Origin: Candidatus Poribacteria bacterium
GTDB lineage: Bacteria; Poribacteria; WGA-4E; WGA-3G
NCBI GenBank assembly: GCA_963667805.1
Contig: OY764016.1
Coordinates: 1,874,725-1,938,724 of the forward strand
Length of the DNA stretch: 64,000 nucleotides
Direction: 5' to 3'
The notes under the pieces were generated by a model. That model was given only the letters and a program-made list of their open reading frames with translations, was not told where the DNA came from and searched no databases. A program made the position numbers and the translations under genes. Below are positions 48,737 to 58,800 of the stretch, one piece after another (position 1 is the stretch's first letter; each line of letters opens with the position of its first letter).

Positions 48737-49660
48737 ATGATGTATTATTCTACCCGCGTTCGAACCTCTACCGTCCGAATAACGTGGTGCATTCTTCTCC
48801 TCTCTCTGGGGCTAAGTCTCTTCTTTTTTTCTGTCGTAAATGCCCAAAACTTAGAGGTGGATATTGCCCCCGAAGCACCGAGAGACGTGAGTTATGACGA
48901 AGACGTTATCGACGGCGCGTTCTACTTCCGTTTGATGTGTTGGAATTGTCACGCCCAACAAACACGCGGTGGCAGAGCACCCGATCTCTTTAAACCGCAG
49001 TGGCTTTACGGATGGACTGATGACGGTATCTTCCAGACTGTATTCAACGGACTTCCGGGGACCGAGATGCAGAAGTTTGGTGGCAAACTTTCTGATGAAG
49101 CAATTAATATGATTGTTGGCTACGTTCGTTCGGAACAAGCGAAAGCGGCGGGGGTCTCTTTAGAGGAAGCGAAACCGACTCAGGACTGGACGCCATATAT
49201 GGAAGGCGATGTCAAAGCAGGAGAAGCCATTTTCTTCTCAGAAGGGTACGCTTGCGGTAAGTGCCACACAGTTCACGGGAGAGGTGCCACCGGAACAGGC
49301 AGCGAAATAGGTCCCGATATGACGTATGTCGCTCGCACCCGTTCACCGCAATTCATTGTCGAGTCTATTCTCAATCCACGCGCGTATATCGCGCCTGAAT
49401 ATGAAATGATTACCATTTTCACGAAAGACGGGCAGGAAATCACAGGTAGGAAGCGCCACCAATACGATCACAGAGACAGATTAGACCCTGAAACGATCCA
49501 GCTCCTCGACAATTCTGGGAAGTTGTGGACAACCTACCTCATAAAGGATATAAGGAGCACCAGCGTTCCACAAGCAGGTGTTATGCCTGAAAACTTCGCA
49601 GATATTCTGTCAGTCAAACAGATGCACGACCTTTTGGCGTATCTATTCACGTTGAAATAA
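48737..49660 (+). CDS. diheme cytochrome c (XoxG-like partner)
   Basis: Two CxxCH motifs (CWNCH, CGKCH) and an N-terminal signal-anchor. Confidence 0.75.
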   Translation: MMYYSTRVRTSTVRITWCILLLSLGLSLFFFSVVNAQNLEVDIAPEAPRDVSYDEDVIDGAFYFRLMCWNCHAQQTRGGRAPDLFKPQWLYGWTDDGIFQTVFNGLPGTEMQKFGGKLSDEAINMIVGYVRSEQAKAAGVSLEEAKPTQDWTPYMEGDVKAGEAIFFSEGYACGKCHTVHGRGATGTGSEIGPDMTYVARTRSPQFIVESILNPRAYIAPEYEMITIFTKDGQEITGRKRHQYDHRDRLDPETIQLLDNSGKLWTTYLIKDIRSTSVPQAGVMPENFADILSVKQMHDLLAYLFTLK

Positions 49661-49718
49661 CCGTCAGCAGTATGGCTGACTGCTATTCTGTCATTTAACC
49701 GCAAGGAAAATTAAAAAG

Positions 49719-50522
49719 ATGATTGGTGTGATTATTAATGGGGCATGTGGCCGTATGGGACGGCTTATTATCCGAGGTGTTACTGAACAAACCGATATGG
49801 AAATCGTCGGCGCGATTGAGTTCCCGGAACACCCACAGCTCGGGAGTGATGCCGGTGTTGTTGCCGGCATCGGAGAAATAGGCGTCGCGGTTACAGGTAA
49901 CCTTGAAGATGTACTTGACAACGCAGATGTTGTCATCGAATTCTCGAAACCTGAGGCTACTCTGGACCACCTCCGACAAGTCGTCAATGCCGACAAAGCG
50001 ATGATAATTGCAACAACCGGATATGACCCTGATGAACTCGCCACTGTCGAAGAACTCGCATCACAGATCCGTTGCGTAATGGCACCCAACATGAGTCTCG
50101 GTGTCAATGTGATGATTCAGGCACTGGAATTAATCGCCAAAGCCCTCGGGGACGATTACGACATTGAAGTGATAGAGGCACATCACAATCACAAAGCAGA
50201 TTCACCCAGCGGCACGGCACTCCGCTTAGCGGAAACCGTTGCTCAGGCATTGGGGCGAGATTTAGATGAGGTCGGTGTCTACGGTCGCCACGGTATCGTT
50301 GGCGCAAGACCGAAAAAACAGATAGGCATTCATGCAGTTCGAGGGGGTGATATCGCCGGCGACCATACAGTATTGTTCGCAACAGAGGGTGAGCAACTCA
50401 GCGTCGTCCACCGAGCACACAGCCCAGAGGCTTTCGCTAAAGGCGCAATCCGCGCAGCGAGATGGGTCATCGACGCCCCTAAAGGATTACATGATATTAG
50501 CGAAGTCCTGTTTCAGGAATAG
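49719..50522 (+). CDS. dapB: 4-hydroxy-tetrahydrodipicolinate reductase, copy 1
   Basis: GACGRMGR NAD(P)-binding motif and EAHHNHKADSPSGTA DapB signature; 267 aa. Confidence 0.85.
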   Translation: MIGVIINGACGRMGRLIIRGVTEQTDMEIVGAIEFPEHPQLGSDAGVVAGIGEIGVAVTGNLEDVLDNADVVIEFSKPEATLDHLRQVVNADKAMIIATTGYDPDELATVEELASQIRCVMAPNMSLGVNVMIQALELIAKALGDDYDIEVIEAHHNHKADSPSGTALRLAETVAQALGRDLDEVGVYGRHGIVGARPKKQIGIHAVRGGDIAGDHTVLFATEGEQLSVVHRAHSPEAFAKGAIRAARWVIDAPKGLHDISEVLFQE

Positions 50523-50593
50523 TAGACACGCCTCTATATCAAAACCGTCAAAGCTCGAATCCACGTTATTTAACCGCAAGGAAAATTAAAAAG

Positions 50594-51391
50594 ATGATTC
50601 GTGTTGCTGTCACCGGTGTTTGCGGTCGTATGGGACGTTGCATCACGCGCGGCATTGCCCAACACCGCAATATGCAACTCGTTGGAGCCGTCCAATACCC
50701 CTCACATCCACAGATCGGAAGTGATGCGGGTGTTGTCGCCGGTATCAGTGAGATTGGCGTAACCATTACAGGCAAACTTGACGACGTACTTCACCGTTCA
50801 GATGTTGTCATCGAATTTTCAAAGCCTGAAGCAACCCTGGACCACCTCCAACACGTCGTCGATGCAGATAAAGCCATGGTTCTTGGAACAACCGGTTTTA
50901 CCGCAGACGAACTCGCGACCCTCCAAGCGCTTGCATCACAGATCCGTTGCGTAATGGCACCCAACATGAGTCTCGGTGTCAATGTAATGATACAAGCATT
51001 GGAATTAATTGCCAAAACCCTGGGAAATGATTATAATATTGAAGTGATAGAGGCACATCACAATCACAAAGCAGATTCACCCAGTGGCACAGCACTCCGT
51101 GTAGCGGAGACGCTTACCACGGCACTTGAGCAAGATTTAGACGAGGCGTGTGTTTACGGTCGCCACGGCATCGTTGGCGCAAGACCGAAAAAACAGATAG
51201 GCATTCATGCAGTTCGAGGGGGCAACATTGCCGGGGATCATACAGTGTTGTTCGCAACAGAGGGTGAACAACTCAGCGTCATCCATCGAGCACACAGTCC
51301 AGAGGCTTTCGCCAAAGGTGCAATCCGCGCAGCGGAATGGATAATCGACGCGCCTAAAGGGTTACACGATGTTAGCGAAGTCCTGTTTTAA
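50594..51391 (+). CDS. dapB: 4-hydroxy-tetrahydrodipicolinate reductase, copy 2 (tandem paralog)
   Basis: About 75% identical to copy 1, with the same signature. Same conserved 25-bp leader before the ATG. Confidence 0.85.
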   Translation: MIRVAVTGVCGRMGRCITRGIAQHRNMQLVGAVQYPSHPQIGSDAGVVAGISEIGVTITGKLDDVLHRSDVVIEFSKPEATLDHLQHVVDADKAMVLGTTGFTADELATLQALASQIRCVMAPNMSLGVNVMIQALELIAKTLGNDYNIEVIEAHHNHKADSPSGTALRVAETLTTALEQDLDEACVYGRHGIVGARPKKQIGIHAVRGGNIAGDHTVLFATEGEQLSVIHRAHSPEAFAKGAIRAAEWIIDAPKGLHDVSEVLF

Positions 51392-53405
51392 CCGATGCCT
51401 GATACCTCACACCTATTTTATTCTGCTATGCATCGGTATTCTATTTATGGTCGGTTGTGAACAAACAGCGTCCCAAAAACAGGTCCGGTACGAGTGGAAA
51501 ACTGTCATAGAAGGCGATTGGAGTTCACACCTCTACGATGTTCATTTCGTTTCTGAAAAGCGGGGTTGGGCAGTTGGTAACGCCATAGATGTACTTCCTG
51601 GCGCCGATTTTGGAGAAGGCGCGGAAAGTCTCATCGTTCACACAAACAACGGTGGCGAAACATGGCACAGACAACACAGCGGCGTTTTCAACAAACCCCT
51701 CCGAAACGTGTATTTTCGTTCAGCGTCAGAAGGCTGGTGTATCGGTGAAGGCGGCGTTCTGATCCGGACAACCGACGGCGGGGAAACCTGGCAGCACATT
51801 GAAACCGGGACGGAAAACAACCTGCATGACCTCTTCATAGGCAATGAAACGGGTTGGATTGTGGGCGACTGGGGCACAGTGCTAAAAACAACCGACGGTG
51901 GGCAGACGTTCGCACAGATTGATGGACAGGCGTTCGGCAGAAAGTCATTGAAAGGTGTCCATTTCGTAGACGAAAACCGAGGATGGGTCGTTACCTATAG
52001 CACACCGACCTCCGAAACAAAATCAGGAAAGGCCGGCTATATCTATCGGACAACCGATGGTGGAGAAACTTGGGAGGTCCAATTCGTGACAGAAGCCGCC
52101 CTGTTCAACCTCCATTTCATAGACAAACAAACGGGTTGGGTTGTCGGTGACCGACGGAGCATCTTCCTGACAACCGACGGTGGGAACACATGGGACTTCG
52201 TCACTCGCGGAACCAATGAACGCCATAAAAGTAGCTACGGTCAACCGGATTATCTCGGCAATGAGCCGCTGCATACCTTTACACTTTACGATCTTGACTT
52301 TATAGATGCCCAAAACGGTTGGATTGTTGGCGACTTAGGCGTGATTCTCCACACCGCGTCGGGTGGAAAAGAAAAATGGAAACATCAACGTGGGGGTCCG
52401 CGTTTCCACAACAGCGCAGATGCCGTCCTGTTAGGTGTTGACTTCGTTTCCAAGCAAATCGGTTGGGCAGTCGGTGAAAACGGCACCATCCTGCACACCC
52501 GCAATGGGGGTGTGACTTGGGAATCCCAATCCAGTCCGAGCCATCTCTTGGTAGGTGTATGCGCCATCTCGCCCGATGAAGGATACGTTGTCGGTGACCG
52601 GGGCGCGATTCTACGAACCGAGGATGGAGGGGTCGTATGGAACGCGCAAGACAGCCGCACGACTGAGTGTTTTGGGGCAACGCATTTCGTGTCATCACAA
52701 ATAGGATGGGCAGTCGCAGAAGCCGGCGTCGTCCTGCATACCACAAATGGTGGCACGGTATGGCAACGTCAAGTTTCAGGGACACAGCAGGACCTGCTCA
52801 GTGTTTTCTTTACAGACGAAAAAAATGGATGGTGTGTCGGAAGCGGCGGTGAAATCATCCACACAGATGATGGTGGGAAAACATGGCAACCGCAAAAGAG
52901 CGGAACCCATTGGAATCTGTTTGACGTTTATTTCATCTCCAAACGACGCGGTTGGGCAGTCGGTCTGAACGGAACAATACTTTTTACAACTGATGGCGGT
53001 ACCAATTGGAAGTTGTTACCGCTCAGCCAACGCTACCCGTCTTTTCTATTGGATGCCGTCACCTTCGTCACCCCAGAGAGAGGCTGGGTCGTAGGATTAG
53101 ATTTACGCAGTTTAGGTATGGATGGTTTGATCCTACATACCGAGAATGGCGGTAAAACATGGCAACGTCAAGAGAGCCATACCCGCAATTTTCTTGACGA
53201 TGTATTTTTTCTATCAGAAACAGAAGGCTGGATTGTTGGAAAAGAGGGACTTGTCCTCCATACAAAGAATGGTGGACAAAACTGGAGACCGCAGCATACA
53301 GATACCAGAACGGATCTGAAGGCTATCCACGTAAGCAGTACAAATAGCGGATGGGCAGTTGGGCAAAATGGAACAATTCTCAGATATGAAGCCGTTCCGT
53401 TTTAG
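51369..53405 (+). CDS. BNR/Ycf48-like (PSII_BNR-type) repeat lipoprotein
   Basis: 678 aa. Lipoprotein-like signal ...LLCIGILFMVGC. About 12 repeats of GW(A/I)VG...T(T/D)DGG(x)TW. Overlaps the dapB copy 2 3' end by 23 nt. Confidence 0.75.
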   Translation: MLAKSCFNRCLIPHTYFILLCIGILFMVGCEQTASQKQVRYEWKTVIEGDWSSHLYDVHFVSEKRGWAVGNAIDVLPGADFGEGAESLIVHTNNGGETWHRQHSGVFNKPLRNVYFRSASEGWCIGEGGVLIRTTDGGETWQHIETGTENNLHDLFIGNETGWIVGDWGTVLKTTDGGQTFAQIDGQAFGRKSLKGVHFVDENRGWVVTYSTPTSETKSGKAGYIYRTTDGGETWEVQFVTEAALFNLHFIDKQTGWVVGDRRSIFLTTDGGNTWDFVTRGTNERHKSSYGQPDYLGNEPLHTFTLYDLDFIDAQNGWIVGDLGVILHTASGGKEKWKHQRGGPRFHNSADAVLLGVDFVSKQIGWAVGENGTILHTRNGGVTWESQSSPSHLLVGVCAISPDEGYVVGDRGAILRTEDGGVVWNAQDSRTTECFGATHFVSSQIGWAVAEAGVVLHTTNGGTVWQRQVSGTQQDLLSVFFTDEKNGWCVGSGGEIIHTDDGGKTWQPQKSGTHWNLFDVYFISKRRGWAVGLNGTILFTTDGGTNWKLLPLSQRYPSFLLDAVTFVTPERGWVVGLDLRSLGMDGLILHTENGGKTWQRQESHTRNFLDDVFFLSETEGWIVGKEGLVLHTKNGGQNWRPQHTDTRTDLKAIHVSSTNSGWAVGQNGTILRYEAVPF

Positions 53406-53455
53406 TACCAGCGGGGAAACCCAAGGGGTGTAGAGAAACATTACACCGAAAACGC

Positions 53456-53597
53456 AGCCTGCAATAATACGCAGAAATACGCAGAAATACCCTATCAAAA
53501 ACCCCAAGCAAAAACACGCGGGGGTTTTTCTTCAACTCGAACATGGAAACCGTTAAAGCACAGACTGCATCGCTTAGCCGCAAGGAAAAATTAAAAA
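53456..53597 (+). repeat. intergenic repeat modules B, C, D, E
   Basis: CAGCCTGCAATAATACGCAG, GAAATACCCTATCAAAAACC (identical 20-mer also at 59848), CCCCAAGCAAAAACACGCGGG, and TTAGCCGCAAGGAAAAATTAAAAA ending at the ATG. Confidence 0.7.
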
Positions 53598-54341
53598 ATG
53601 ACAGACGAACAGAAATATCTATTTGATCTGCAAGGCTTTATTGTCCTGAAGAGTGTTATCCCCCAGGCAGTCGTCGAGGCGTGTAACGCTGTGTTAGATC
53701 AGTACGAGAATATGCCACCCGACGACTATCCACCCCCGCTGTGCCTCGGCACACAGCGAACGGAGAAAGAACTCTACATCTCTAACATCTTAGAGGCAGA
53801 CAGTGTATTCAATACGCTGATCGACATTCCGGAGGTCCTGGACGTAATTCAAGGCGTAACCGGGGGGCCGTATCGACTCAATCACACCTACACAATCTAC
53901 CGGTGGGGAGGTGGTTATACCGGGTTGCACATGCACGGAACACCGATTATCCCGAAATGCCAATATCATTGTAAAAACGGAGAGATGGTATCAACGTTAA
54001 CAAAAGCGGTCTTTCCGATGCTGGATTGTGATATGGAGGACGGGTGCTTCGCTGTTATACCGGGGGCACATAAGAGCAATTTCCCAAAACCTTGGGGAAG
54101 CCACCCCGATGAAAATCCTGTGCTGACCCCGATCCCAGCAAAAGCAGGAGATGCCATCATTTTTACAGAGGCACTTACACACGGGTCTGTCATCAATGTT
54201 TCCGATAAACCGCGTCGGACCCTCTATTACTGCTACAGCATCGGCTATATGCCAGATTGGGGCGGCCAAGGTCTACATTTCAGCCCGAACGTTATGGACA
54301 GCCTCAGTGAATCCCAACAGTCAATCCTTCATCTAAAATAA
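53598..54341 (+). CDS. phytanoyl-CoA dioxygenase (PhyH) family dioxygenase, copy 2
   Basis: 247 aa; His/Asp ligands (RLNHTYTIY... HMHGTP..., HGSV). Confidence 0.65.
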   Translation: MTDEQKYLFDLQGFIVLKSVIPQAVVEACNAVLDQYENMPPDDYPPPLCLGTQRTEKELYISNILEADSVFNTLIDIPEVLDVIQGVTGGPYRLNHTYTIYRWGGGYTGLHMHGTPIIPKCQYHCKNGEMVSTLTKAVFPMLDCDMEDGCFAVIPGAHKSNFPKPWGSHPDENPVLTPIPAKAGDAIIFTEALTHGSVINVSDKPRRTLYYCYSIGYMPDWGGQGLHFSPNVMDSLSESQQSILHLK

Positions 54342-54360
54342 TTTTTAACGATGGACTCCT

Positions 54361-54533
54361 GGACTGCCCTCCATTTCATTACGGGCAGGTTTTTGGTGAG
54401 TCCACAACTACCATAAGGATATGTACGGCATATCATCAAAAAAACAAGCCTGCAACAACGGCGCAGGCGACTCGAACACGCAAGCCGTTAAATTCGCGGA
54501 CCCTATGACTTATCCGCAAGGTAAATTTAAAAT
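54361..54533 (+). repeat. intergenic repeat modules A, B, E
   Basis: GGACTGCCCTCCATTTCATTACGGGCAGGTTTTTGG (matches 29722-29757). GCCTGCAACAACGGCGCAGGC hairpin. TTATCCGCAAGGTAAATTTAAAAT ending at the ATG. Confidence 0.7.
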
Positions 54534-55703
54534 ATGATTACAATCGCAGAACGGTTAGAAAAACTTCCACCCTATCTTTTTGTAGACCTGCGCCAAAAAA
54601 TGCAGGCAGCACAAGCGCGCGGTGTCGATGTGATTAGCCTCGGTATCGGTGACCCGGATCTTCCAACACCTGACCCAGTTGTTGAAACCTTATGTAGTGC
54701 GATTCAAAATCCCGATGATGCAGACAGGCACCGCTACGGCTGCGACAACCCTGTTGACGATTTTCCACAGGCAGTCCTCGACTTTTACCAGCACCGTTAC
54801 GGGGTCTCCTTATCCGATGATCAGGTAGCGACAACGCTCGGTAGTAAAGACGCAATTGTCAAAATGGCACTCGGTATCCTCAATCCGGGCGATATTGGTA
54901 TAGCGGCGAGTCCAGGCTACCCTACCTACAATATCGGACACGTCTTCGCCAGTGCAACGAGCTACTATGCTCCGCTTCTGCGAGAAAATGATTTCTATGT
55001 TGACTTTGACGTTATTCCTGATGAAGTGAAACGACTTGCCAAAGTTCTCTGGATCAACTATCCAAACAATCCGACAACCGCCACTGCCAACCTCGATTTT
55101 TTCGAGCGTGCCGTGGAGTTTGGTAGACAAAATAACATCCTGATCGCGCACGACAACGCCTATAGTGAGAACACCTACGACGGTTATCGCTCACCCAGTA
55201 TATTGCAGGTGGAAGGTGCAGCGGAAGTTGCGGTTGAGTTTTTCTCATTAAGCAAAGCGTTCAACATGACAGGCTGGCGCTTGGGATTTGTCGTTGGCAA
55301 CCCAACTGCTGTTAGTGCAGTCAAAACGGTGAAAGATAATATCGACAACGGTTCACTCCGCTCACTTCAATTCGCCGGTGCAAAGGCACTTTCAATAGCG
55401 GACGAGATTACCCCCGCAATCAATGTCGTTTATCAAAAACGCCGCGATATGGTGGTAGATGCCCTGAGAGACAGCGGGTGGACACTCGAGAAGCCGAAAG
55501 CAACAATGTATGTTTGGGCACCGGTCCCTGAGCGTTTTAACGGTTCAAGTCGTGCCTTTGCGACGGCATTGCTTGAAGAAGCGGGTGTTGTTGTAACACC
55601 AGGTCTCGGATATGGACAGTGGAGCGAAGGCTATTTTAGAATCTCGCTGACATACCCAGACGGAGTGATTGCGGAAGCCATTTCGCGTATTCGCGCTTTT
55701 TAA
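54534..55703 (+). CDS. class I (fold-type I) PLP aminotransferase, LL-diaminopimelate aminotransferase (DapL)-like
   Basis: KLPPYLFVDL...GVDVISLGIGDPDLPTP N-terminal pattern and SLSKAFNMTGWRLG PLP-lysine region. Linked to the dapB genes. Confidence 0.7.
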   Translation: MITIAERLEKLPPYLFVDLRQKMQAAQARGVDVISLGIGDPDLPTPDPVVETLCSAIQNPDDADRHRYGCDNPVDDFPQAVLDFYQHRYGVSLSDDQVATTLGSKDAIVKMALGILNPGDIGIAASPGYPTYNIGHVFASATSYYAPLLRENDFYVDFDVIPDEVKRLAKVLWINYPNNPTTATANLDFFERAVEFGRQNNILIAHDNAYSENTYDGYRSPSILQVEGAAEVAVEFFSLSKAFNMTGWRLGFVVGNPTAVSAVKTVKDNIDNGSLRSLQFAGAKALSIADEITPAINVVYQKRRDMVVDALRDSGWTLEKPKATMYVWAPVPERFNGSSRAFATALLEEAGVVVTPGLGYGQWSEGYFRISLTYPDGVIAEAISRIRAF

Positions 55704-55790
55704 TCTTACCTTGCGGTTCGGTCAGGTGGATTAATAATCTCACGTGCCCTTTCGTATATCCGCCTGCTCCGTTGTTGCAGGCTGCCATCA
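55698..55790 (-). repeat. intergenic repeat modules E and B in inverted orientation
   Basis: CTTACCTTGCGG (rc of CCGCAAGGTAAG) and CCTGCTCCGTTGTTGCAGGC (rc of the module B hairpin). Confidence 0.65.
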
Positions 55791-55893
55791 CTATAATATC
55801 AAGAACCAAACCTGTAATGAAATTTTAATTGGGTGTTTCTTCAAGTTGACAGTTAAAACGGACACAGCGGGCCAGGAGCCCAGAAATTAAAGA

Positions 55894-58800
55894 ATGAAAA
55901 ACGCCATTTTAATCCTTAGCATAGTCTGTCTTACGCTCCTCGTATGTGTAGAAACGGAGTCTGAGCAAATCCTTACCTACACCGTCGCCGATGGATTAAT
56001 AGGTCCCGTTGTCCCTGTCGTTTTTCAGGACAGTCGGGGGGATCTATGGTTCGGTTCCGATCGGGGTGGGGTGAGCCGATTCGATGGGATCAGGTTTGAA
56101 TCTTACATCGGATCTCCAGATACTTCTGAGAACGCGCCCACCTCCAATGTAGGACCTGGGGCACTCCTTGGACAGACACGTCAAATCGTCGAAGACAAAT
56201 GGGGACATATCTGGTTCCTCACGCATTTCCGCGCAGAAAACTCAGGGAGAGTCAGTCGGTTTGACGGTTCTTCTATTAATCTGATAGGCACCGGCAATTC
56301 GCTGCTGGTTGACGATCACGGCGATATATGGGTCGGTGAAAACCAGCAACTTACGAAGTACATCACTCCAGGTGTCCAACGCCTGCCCCAAGCACATCCA
56401 AACGAAATTATAGGCGAAGATCTGCTCCGCTCAAGGGATTTCACAATAAACATTATCTTTCAAAGCGCTGACGGAACGATTTGGATCGGTGGCAGCGAAG
56501 GTGAGGAACAACCACACGGTGTAATCCTCAGTTTCCGAGAGAATCGTTGGGTAGAGGACCCCTTAAAAATCACGGACAGTGATAACGCAAACGAGAAAAC
56601 GGATGATGGAACACAGCGGGTTCATCCAAATATTGGATTTACACGCTACGACTTGTCAAATCTTAACGCTGTGAATGCGATCGAAACGATAGGCGAAGAT
56701 ACTTTTGGAAACCTGTGGTTCGGTGGCTACAATCTTCTCTTACGTTTTGATGGGAAAGTCTTTGAGAAAATCCTCCCTTTAGCTTGGGGACAGAGTGGAT
56801 CCATAGGTAGTAGACCTGCCTCAATACAGAGACTGGCATCAATACAGAATGACACGAAAAATCGAGTCTGGTTCAGCGATGGACGCACGACAAGATGGTG
56901 GCATGACTCTCAGCACGGAAACCTACTGGGGTTTCTTGAGCTCGAGGATGCATGGGGCAATCTATGGTTTACTGACGAAGCTGGAGCACATCAATACGAT
57001 GCCAACCTCACGCAACTGCCCGACCGTATCAACAGTGGACTCGGCGTTGAAGGGATTCATACGATTTATGAAGCCATAGATGGTAAATTGTGGTTTGGCC
57101 ACGATAATGGCGTAACATCATTTGACCCAACACCTGCTATCAGCACACACGCTGGCCTCGGAACCAATAGAGTCCGGATGATATTTGAGGACAGTCGAGG
57201 TTACCTCTGGTTTAGTGTGCCAGGCGGGGTCGCCCGTTACGATGCAGAATCCGAAGAACTTACCACACATATTTTCAGAGTGAGTTCAGTGCAAAATGAT
57301 TCATCGCGCGCCTCTCAAACTGACAATAGAACTATGGAACGCGTTCGGCCCCTTCGAACTGAAATCGAAAAAATATTTGAAGTTGGCGGGCACGTCTGGT
57401 TTATTGACGAACCAGGGGTGGGGGGGAGTTCCACGCGATTGCGATACACTTTCTTTCGATACGCAAATGGCAAGTTCGGTCAAGTGTCTATTCCCATCCA
57501 AACAGCAATCGGGCCCGGTGGCGAACGGTCAGATACCAACACAAATGTTCTCGTCCACGAAGGCGAACATACTTGGATGGCTTTCGGAGGGCACCTCTTT
57601 AGAGCCGACGCAACGGGATTATTACGGTTGACAAACACCGGCTTTCAAAGAATCCCGTTTCAAGAAATCGGTCCGAACACTACGCCTACGCCAATACCCC
57701 CAATAACATTCGGTGCAGCCGCCATCACCGATGTATACAGAGATTCCAACGGTAGATTATGGGTCCACCTCGATAACGGAGAGTCTCTACGCTATCCGAA
57801 AGCAATTAACACGGCAACAAATCGTCCGAGTAAACCCGAAACCCTTCCCCTTAAAGCGACAACCCTGTTAAAAATTGCATCAGGAAGCAAATGGTTCTTT
57901 AACGCCGTAACGGGAAAATTGATACTTTGGAGTGATACTGAACTCGGTAGCCCACTTCCGCTCGATGGAGAGTCGAGTACGCTCCCGATTGCTGTTTGGA
58001 AGAACCCAAGAGCGGAAAATAACCGAATAACTTTTCTTTTTCCCGATGCTCTCAAGACTTATCACGGCACAACGCTCATTTCTCTTGAGTCCATTGAACT
58101 CGCTGAACTACAAGACTCCCTAACGACGCAGGACGGCGTGCTCTGGTTAGCAACATCCCGCGGGGTAATCCGCTATGATGGCGAAAAGGCGAAAACCTAT
58201 ACAACAAAAGAAGATGGCTTTCTCGTTGACAACGTGAAAGATGTCATGGAGGATAGCCGCGGAAATATATGGTTCGCGACATGGGGCGGCGGCACTGTCC
58301 GATACGACGGTGAAACCTTTTATAACCTCACAACAAAAGACGGGCTCACTCATAACAATATCTCGAAAATTCATGAATCTTCCAATAAAGATATTTGGTT
58401 TACAACCGAAGGGGGCGTCACACAATATACACCCACACGTGGTGGACTGCCAGAATGTCGACTGACCTCCCTTGAATCTGATAAAATTTACACCGACCTT
58501 TCATCGAGTTTAACGCTACCCTCGCGCGGAACGAAGATATTAAATATCCAAGGTATCAGTCCGCTCCGAGAAGGGCTTTCCTATCGATTTAAATTAATTG
58601 GGCTGGACACCCCTACATGGACAAACGTTTCGGCACAGGAGTTCTCGCTTCTGGCAACAGGTGCCGGCGGAACCTCCGACGCCTGGACCCCTTCTACCAC
58701 CTCCGTGTCGACACCGCAGCATACCATGCGCGACAGTGGTATTGTTCAAGAACTCCAAAATCAAGATGGGATTCTGCGTATCCGATATACAGGGCTTAAA

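Noticed and set aside
53456-53530. CCCCAAGCAAAAACACGCGGGGGTTTTTC considered as the terminator of the BNR lipoprotein gene
   Set aside because: The stem is only 4-5 bp with a poorly paired loop region. It is kept only as part of the repeat module description, not as a terminator call.
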